11,965 nt of DNA, from IMG/VR virus record IMGVR_UViG_3300011338_000526; one strand, written 5' to 3'. A program made the position numbers and the translations under genes. The DNA comes from a virus. Its lineage: Duplodnaviria; Heunggongvirae; Uroviricota; Caudoviricetes. Below the pieces are notes generated by a model, which ran no database searches, had not been told where the DNA came from, and saw only the letters and a list, made by a program, of their open reading frames with translations. Below, piece after piece: positions 8,392-11,965 of this stretch (positions within the stretch are counted from its first letter, which is position 1; the number at the start of each line of letters is the position of its first letter).

Positions 8392-10896
8392 ATGAAGCCA
8401 ATCGCACAAACCTTTATTGCAATCGAGCCTTCTACTGGTGTGGAGTCTGTGTTCTTGACTAAGATTGATTTGTTTTTTCAATCCAAGTCAAGCACATTCG
8501 GCGTTGAGCTTCAGATCAGAGAGACCGATAACGGATACCCGACTAATAAAGTTCTTCCTTACGCGTCGAAGGTTCTTTCTTCATCGCAGGTTTCCGTGAG
8601 CGGCGATTCTTCTGTTGCAACTACGTTCGAATTCGCGACGCCTGTGATGCTTAGAACCAACGAACAGTTCGCTCTTGTAGTTATTCCGGAAGCGGGAAAT
8701 CCAGACTACAACATTTGGATTGGGGCTTTGGAAGGAATAGATGTAGTTTCTAAAGTTCCTATCTACACAAATAACCAGCTAGGTTCTTTGTTCATCTCAT
8801 CAAACGATTTGAACTTCACGCCTATTCAAAATGAGAGTTTGAAGTATACAGCCTACATTGCGGACTTCACTTCTTCGACCGCCAGGGCTGTGTTCAAGAA
8901 TGGGTTTACCGATAATCTTGTAGTGACGAATTTGATCGGTGAATACCTGAAGCAAGAAAAACTTGTCGTGTCCAATAATCAACTTCAACTTGCTTCTTTG
9001 GCGGTCGCTTCAGCCACCGCGAATACGATCACGGCAGGACAAGTTGTGTTTCAGCCGCCCGGAGTATCAGCGGCGAATCTAGCGCAATCCACAGCCAACG
9101 GTGTAGTGTATTTCGCTAATACAACAACAGTGTTGCTGAACAACGTGCGCGGTTCATTCGTGACAGGAACGGGTATTAGGAACGCGAACACTACCAATAC
9201 TTGGCCAAACTTAACTTTTGCTAACCAAACAGTGACTACTACATCGGCTTGTAACGTTATTACAGTTCCCAACGCTAATGCAACTTTGACAACGGATTTC
9301 GCTGTTGGCAACTACATCTATGTCGGGAAACCTACGCGCGCAGATTTGCAAATCCTTCAGATTACAGTTGCTAATGCTGCCGCTAACACTATCACTCTAT
9401 CGGGTAATATTGCGTTTAGCAGCACAACGGCGACTATTGGTAGATTGAAAGATGATGCTAATCTGACAGGAAACTTCGCTAGCATTACAGGCGGGGATAA
9501 TAAGTTTTTGACCGTCACCTCGGTCAGTTCTAATGCCACTTCAAACTTTACCGGAAGCAATGGCGCTCTGATCATCGGAAGAACGTCGGGCGCTTCTGCG
9601 GTTATCAGTGACGTTTTGGATATTCTATACGAAAACATCACAACAACAATTCCCGACATTGAACCGAATCTTACTAGCGTTAATTGGTCTTTCTCTGGGA
9701 CGCAAAACGACACTTCTAGAACTAGCGACGCTCCTCAGAGCTACTCGATAACCAACGAAGTGCCATACGATTTCATTGACAAGACTCGCGCGATCATGTC
9801 AAGAAGCAACGAGTTCGCGAACCCACCCACAGCGGGAGCGGGCAATAGTTCGTTGATAGTTACGGCTCAATTGAACACAGCTAACTCAAAGATCACTCCC
9901 TACATTGATACAATTCGCAACTCGGTCACGACGATTCACAATCTTGTATATCCCGAGAGCTCAATCAACGGCTTCATCGTTAACTACACTAGCGCGAACG
10001 GCAATTTAATTATAGGCGATAACGTTCAACAAGCCAACTCTACAGTGACATCGAACGGTTACGTCTTTTTCGCGAACTCTTCTGTAATATACATCACGAA
10101 TGTGTCTTCATCAAACACTTCGTCAATAGCTACATTCAATACAGCAAACAGCGTCGTAAACAGCCCGAGAATCGGCAACGTCAATATCTCGACTGTCACA
10201 ACATTCAACGAGACCGGTAGCGTTGGCTCTAGTGCAACAAGATATATCTCAAAGAACGTGATTCTCGCAGAACAACAGGATGCGGAAGATTTAGTTTGCT
10301 ATTTGACTGCATATAGACCTCCGGGAACGGACTTCAAGGTCTATGGTAAGTTTTTGGCTGGATCTGACAGCGCTACTTTTCAGTCTAAGGACTGGTCCGC
10401 AATGGTCGAGACAACAAGCTCTGCGCTGGTAAGCAGCGCGGTTAACACGAACGATTTAGTTGAGCTAGTATATGATCTACCCACATCCGTTCAGATCATA
10501 GCGAACTCAGCGACTGTAAGTAACACATCGGCGTCCGTTAACGTCAACTCTACTGCCGCGTTCTCCGCTGGTTCGTTTGTCTATGTGGTGGACAATTCAA
10601 CGGGACTTATCAATGTAAGACAAGTTACGGGCATCGTTAACTCGACAATCATGACCGTCTCCTCGAATCTTTCAATAAATTCAACCAACGCTGCAGTTGG
10701 AATAATCCCAGGTCTTCAGTCTCGAGCTGGGGCATTCAAGTATGCCAATAACAGTAGCATCGTTCGATACGTAACGAACGGCGACGGCGTGTTCGATACA
10801 TACAAGGTGTTCGCCGTCAAGGTCGTTCTAGTGTCTAATAATTACCACATCGTTCCTAGAATGGCTGACCTGCGTTGCTTGGCGTTGCAGGTGTAA
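8392..10896 (+). CDS. VrlC-like virion structural protein, C-terminal part as a separate ORF (834 aa)
   Basis: Begins PIAQTF...VFLTKIDLFF..K....VELQIR..NGYPT..VLP and has ESLKYT.Y.A.F, RYISK.V.LA...AEDL..YL.AYRP....KVY.K and FAVKVVL.S.N...VPR..DLR.LAL, which I recognise as the C-terminal region of single-chain VrlC-like proteins. Purine-rich AAAGAGTGGA lies upstream of the ATG. Confidence 0.8.
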   Translation: MKPIAQTFIAIEPSTGVESVFLTKIDLFFQSKSSTFGVELQIRETDNGYPTNKVLPYASKVLSSSQVSVSGDSSVATTFEFATPVMLRTNEQFALVVIPEAGNPDYNIWIGALEGIDVVSKVPIYTNNQLGSLFISSNDLNFTPIQNESLKYTAYIADFTSSTARAVFKNGFTDNLVVTNLIGEYLKQEKLVVSNNQLQLASLAVASATANTITAGQVVFQPPGVSAANLAQSTANGVVYFANTTTVLLNNVRGSFVTGTGIRNANTTNTWPNLTFANQTVTTTSACNVITVPNANATLTTDFAVGNYIYVGKPTRADLQILQITVANAAANTITLSGNIAFSSTTATIGRLKDDANLTGNFASITGGDNKFLTVTSVSSNATSNFTGSNGALIIGRTSGASAVISDVLDILYENITTTIPDIEPNLTSVNWSFSGTQNDTSRTSDAPQSYSITNEVPYDFIDKTRAIMSRSNEFANPPTAGAGNSSLIVTAQLNTANSKITPYIDTIRNSVTTIHNLVYPESSINGFIVNYTSANGNLIIGDNVQQANSTVTSNGYVFFANSSVIYITNVSSSNTSSIATFNTANSVVNSPRIGNVNISTVTTFNETGSVGSSATRYISKNVILAEQQDAEDLVCYLTAYRPPGTDFKVYGKFLAGSDSATFQSKDWSAMVETTSSALVSSAVNTNDLVELVYDLPTSVQIIANSATVSNTSASVNVNSTAAFSAGSFVYVVDNSTGLINVRQVTGIVNSTIMTVSSNLSINSTNAAVGIIPGLQSRAGAFKYANNSSIVRYVTNGDGVFDTYKVFAVKVVLVSNNYHIVPRMADLRCLALQV

Positions 10897-10897
10897 C

Positions 10898-11113
10898 TTG
10901 AGCGACTTTATTAAAGTAAAGGACAACAAAGATCTCGTCCGTCACAAACAAAGCGGAGCTGTATTGAACACTAATTTAAAAGAGTTGGATAAATACAAGC
11001 AAGAACGCGACGAGAAGCTCAGGTTGAAAAAGTTAGTCGACGAAACAGAGCAGATCAAAACGGACATAGACGAGATCAAGTCTCTATTGAGACAATTGAT
11101 AGGACAGAAATAA
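10898..11113 (+). CDS. Small conserved T4-like hypothetical protein with C-terminal coiled coil (71 aa, TTG start)
   Basis: The pattern IKV.D..DLVR...SGAVLNT...followed by a heptad helix ending DIDEIKSLLRQL resembles the small gene that usually follows vrlC-like genes. AGGTG lies upstream, and the start is 1 nt after the previous stop. Confidence 0.75.
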   Translation: MSDFIKVKDNKDLVRHKQSGAVLNTNLKELDKYKQERDEKLRLKKLVDETEQIKTDIDEIKSLLRQLIGQK

Positions 11114-11116
11114 CCC

Positions 11117-11965
11117 ATGACTATTTCAGTAGCAAACGTCCTCACTACAGAAACGTTCAACGCTTGGTTGGATAAGACCAACGTCATCGCAACCGCCATG
11201 TCACAAAATGTAGTTACGGTAGATGCATCACCAACGGGGTCTTTGACAACAGGTAACGCTGTTGTCATTGGTTTTTTTGGCGCAAACACGCTTGTCGCGT
11301 TCAACGGAATTGCCGGCGGAACTATCGGCGTAGGTAACACGCTTAATCTGACTACTAACGTCGCTTTCACGAACTCATCCGCGAATATCATCACCGTAAC
11401 TTCTAACACGGCGACATCTAATCTTATAGTGTCGACCAACGGCGTGCAGATCGTCACGACTGGCGGAACTATGACGCTGGGCGGGACTACTTTAAACATC
11501 AACTCGACGACGACTAACGTTACATCAACTGCGCTGAACGCGAATTCTGTGTTGACTCTTACCGGCAACGCAACCATTAAAGCGAATGGATCGTTCAATA
11601 CAATTGCAATAACCGGCGATAGCACATTCACAAGAATTGTCGCTAACACGACGAACACTACAATCACCGGTAACGTGTTCTTGTCGAACACTCTGAACTT
11701 GACGGGCGCAGCTACTCTTTCTAACACTATTCTTGTCACTGGTAACGCAACATTCCAAAATACAATTTCCGTCACAGGTAACGCGACGTTTAGTAACACT
11801 CTTGTTGTAACAGGAGCAGCTAACGTTCTTAGCACATTCGGTATCGGCGGGGCTGCTAATGCACTTGGGACGTTTGGCGTATCGGGCGCTGCTAATGCGC
11901 TGAGCACGTTCGGCGTAACTGGAGTTGCTACTTTCAGCAATAACGCTTCAGTCGGCGGTAATCTG
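11117..11965 (+). CDS. Tail fibre-like beta-repeat structural protein, 5' part (283 codons, runs off the window; absent from the ORF track)
   Basis: ATG at 11117, 3 nt after the previous stop. My translation is open to 11965: MTISVANVLTTETFNAWLDKTNVIATAMSQ...VTGNATFSNTLV...VGGNL. The N-terminal TF..W..KTN motif and the 12-aa repeats are typical of phage fibres. Confidence 0.8.
   Translation, partial: MTISVANVLTTETFNAWLDKTNVIATAMSQNVVTVDASPTGSLTTGNAVVIGFFGANTLVAFNGIAGGTIGVGNTLNLTTNVAFTNSSANIITVTSNTATSNLIVSTNGVQIVTTGGTMTLGGTTLNINSTTTNVTSTALNANSVLTLTGNATIKANGSFNTIAITGDSTFTRIVANTTNTTITGNVFLSNTLNLTGAATLSNTILVTGNATFQNTISVTGNATFSNTLVVTGAANVLSTFGIGGAANALGTFGVSGAANALSTFGVTGVATFSNNASVGGNL
11663..11965 (+). 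repeat. Degenerate 36-nt / 12-aa coding tandem repeat, 8 full units plus a partial unit
   Basis: ITGNVFLSNTLN / LTGAATLSNTIL / VTGNATFQNTIS / VTGNATFSNTLV / VTGAANVLSTFG / IGGAANALGTFG / VSGAANALSTFG / VTGVATFSNNAS / VGGNL. Confidence 0.9.

Noticed and set aside
2176-9713. Other minus-strand ORFs and short out-of-frame plus-strand ORFs inside the large genes
   Set aside because: They lie wholly within long genes with recognisable motifs, and show no recognisable domains or expression signals.
10942-11940. 332-aa minus-strand ORF
   Set aside because: It is the antisense shadow of the repetitive fibre gene and the small gene, mirroring their 12-aa period; there is no independent evidence of expression.
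1-11965. Diversity-generating retroelement, CRISPR array, intein, tRNA or homing endonuclease
   Set aside because: I saw no near-identical repeat pair differing at adenines, no repeat-spacer array, no C/S...HN intein termini with splicing blocks, no cloverleaf and no nuclease motifs.
1-11965. Apparent scarcity of CATG
   Set aside because: Largely explained by low His, Met, Trp and Cys content; not convincing without computation.

Overview
The window is a tightly packed, all plus-strand late structural operon of a large T4-like myovirus, with cyanophage-style gene order. It contains the last codons of an upstream gene, a greatly enlarged gp8-like baseplate wedge gene (109-3762), and a VrlC-like/DUF4815 virion protein apparently split into two same-frame ORFs (3790-8349 and 8392-10896). 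These are followed by a small coiled-coil protein (10898-11113) and the 5' part of a tail-fibre-like gene with 12-aa repeats (11117 to the window end, missing from the ORF track). T4-type late promoter cores (NATAAATA) lie upstream of the three large genes. No RNA genes, CRISPR arrays or mobile elements were seen. The most notable points are: a 174-nt segment whose removal would rejoin the two VrlC halves into the DPIAQTF motif; nested domain insertions shared among the structural proteins; intragenic perfect late promoters; strong GGCC depletion; and Asn/Ser/Thr-rich, sequon-rich accessory modules. All family assignments come from motif recognition by eye, not database searches, and all counts are hand counts.
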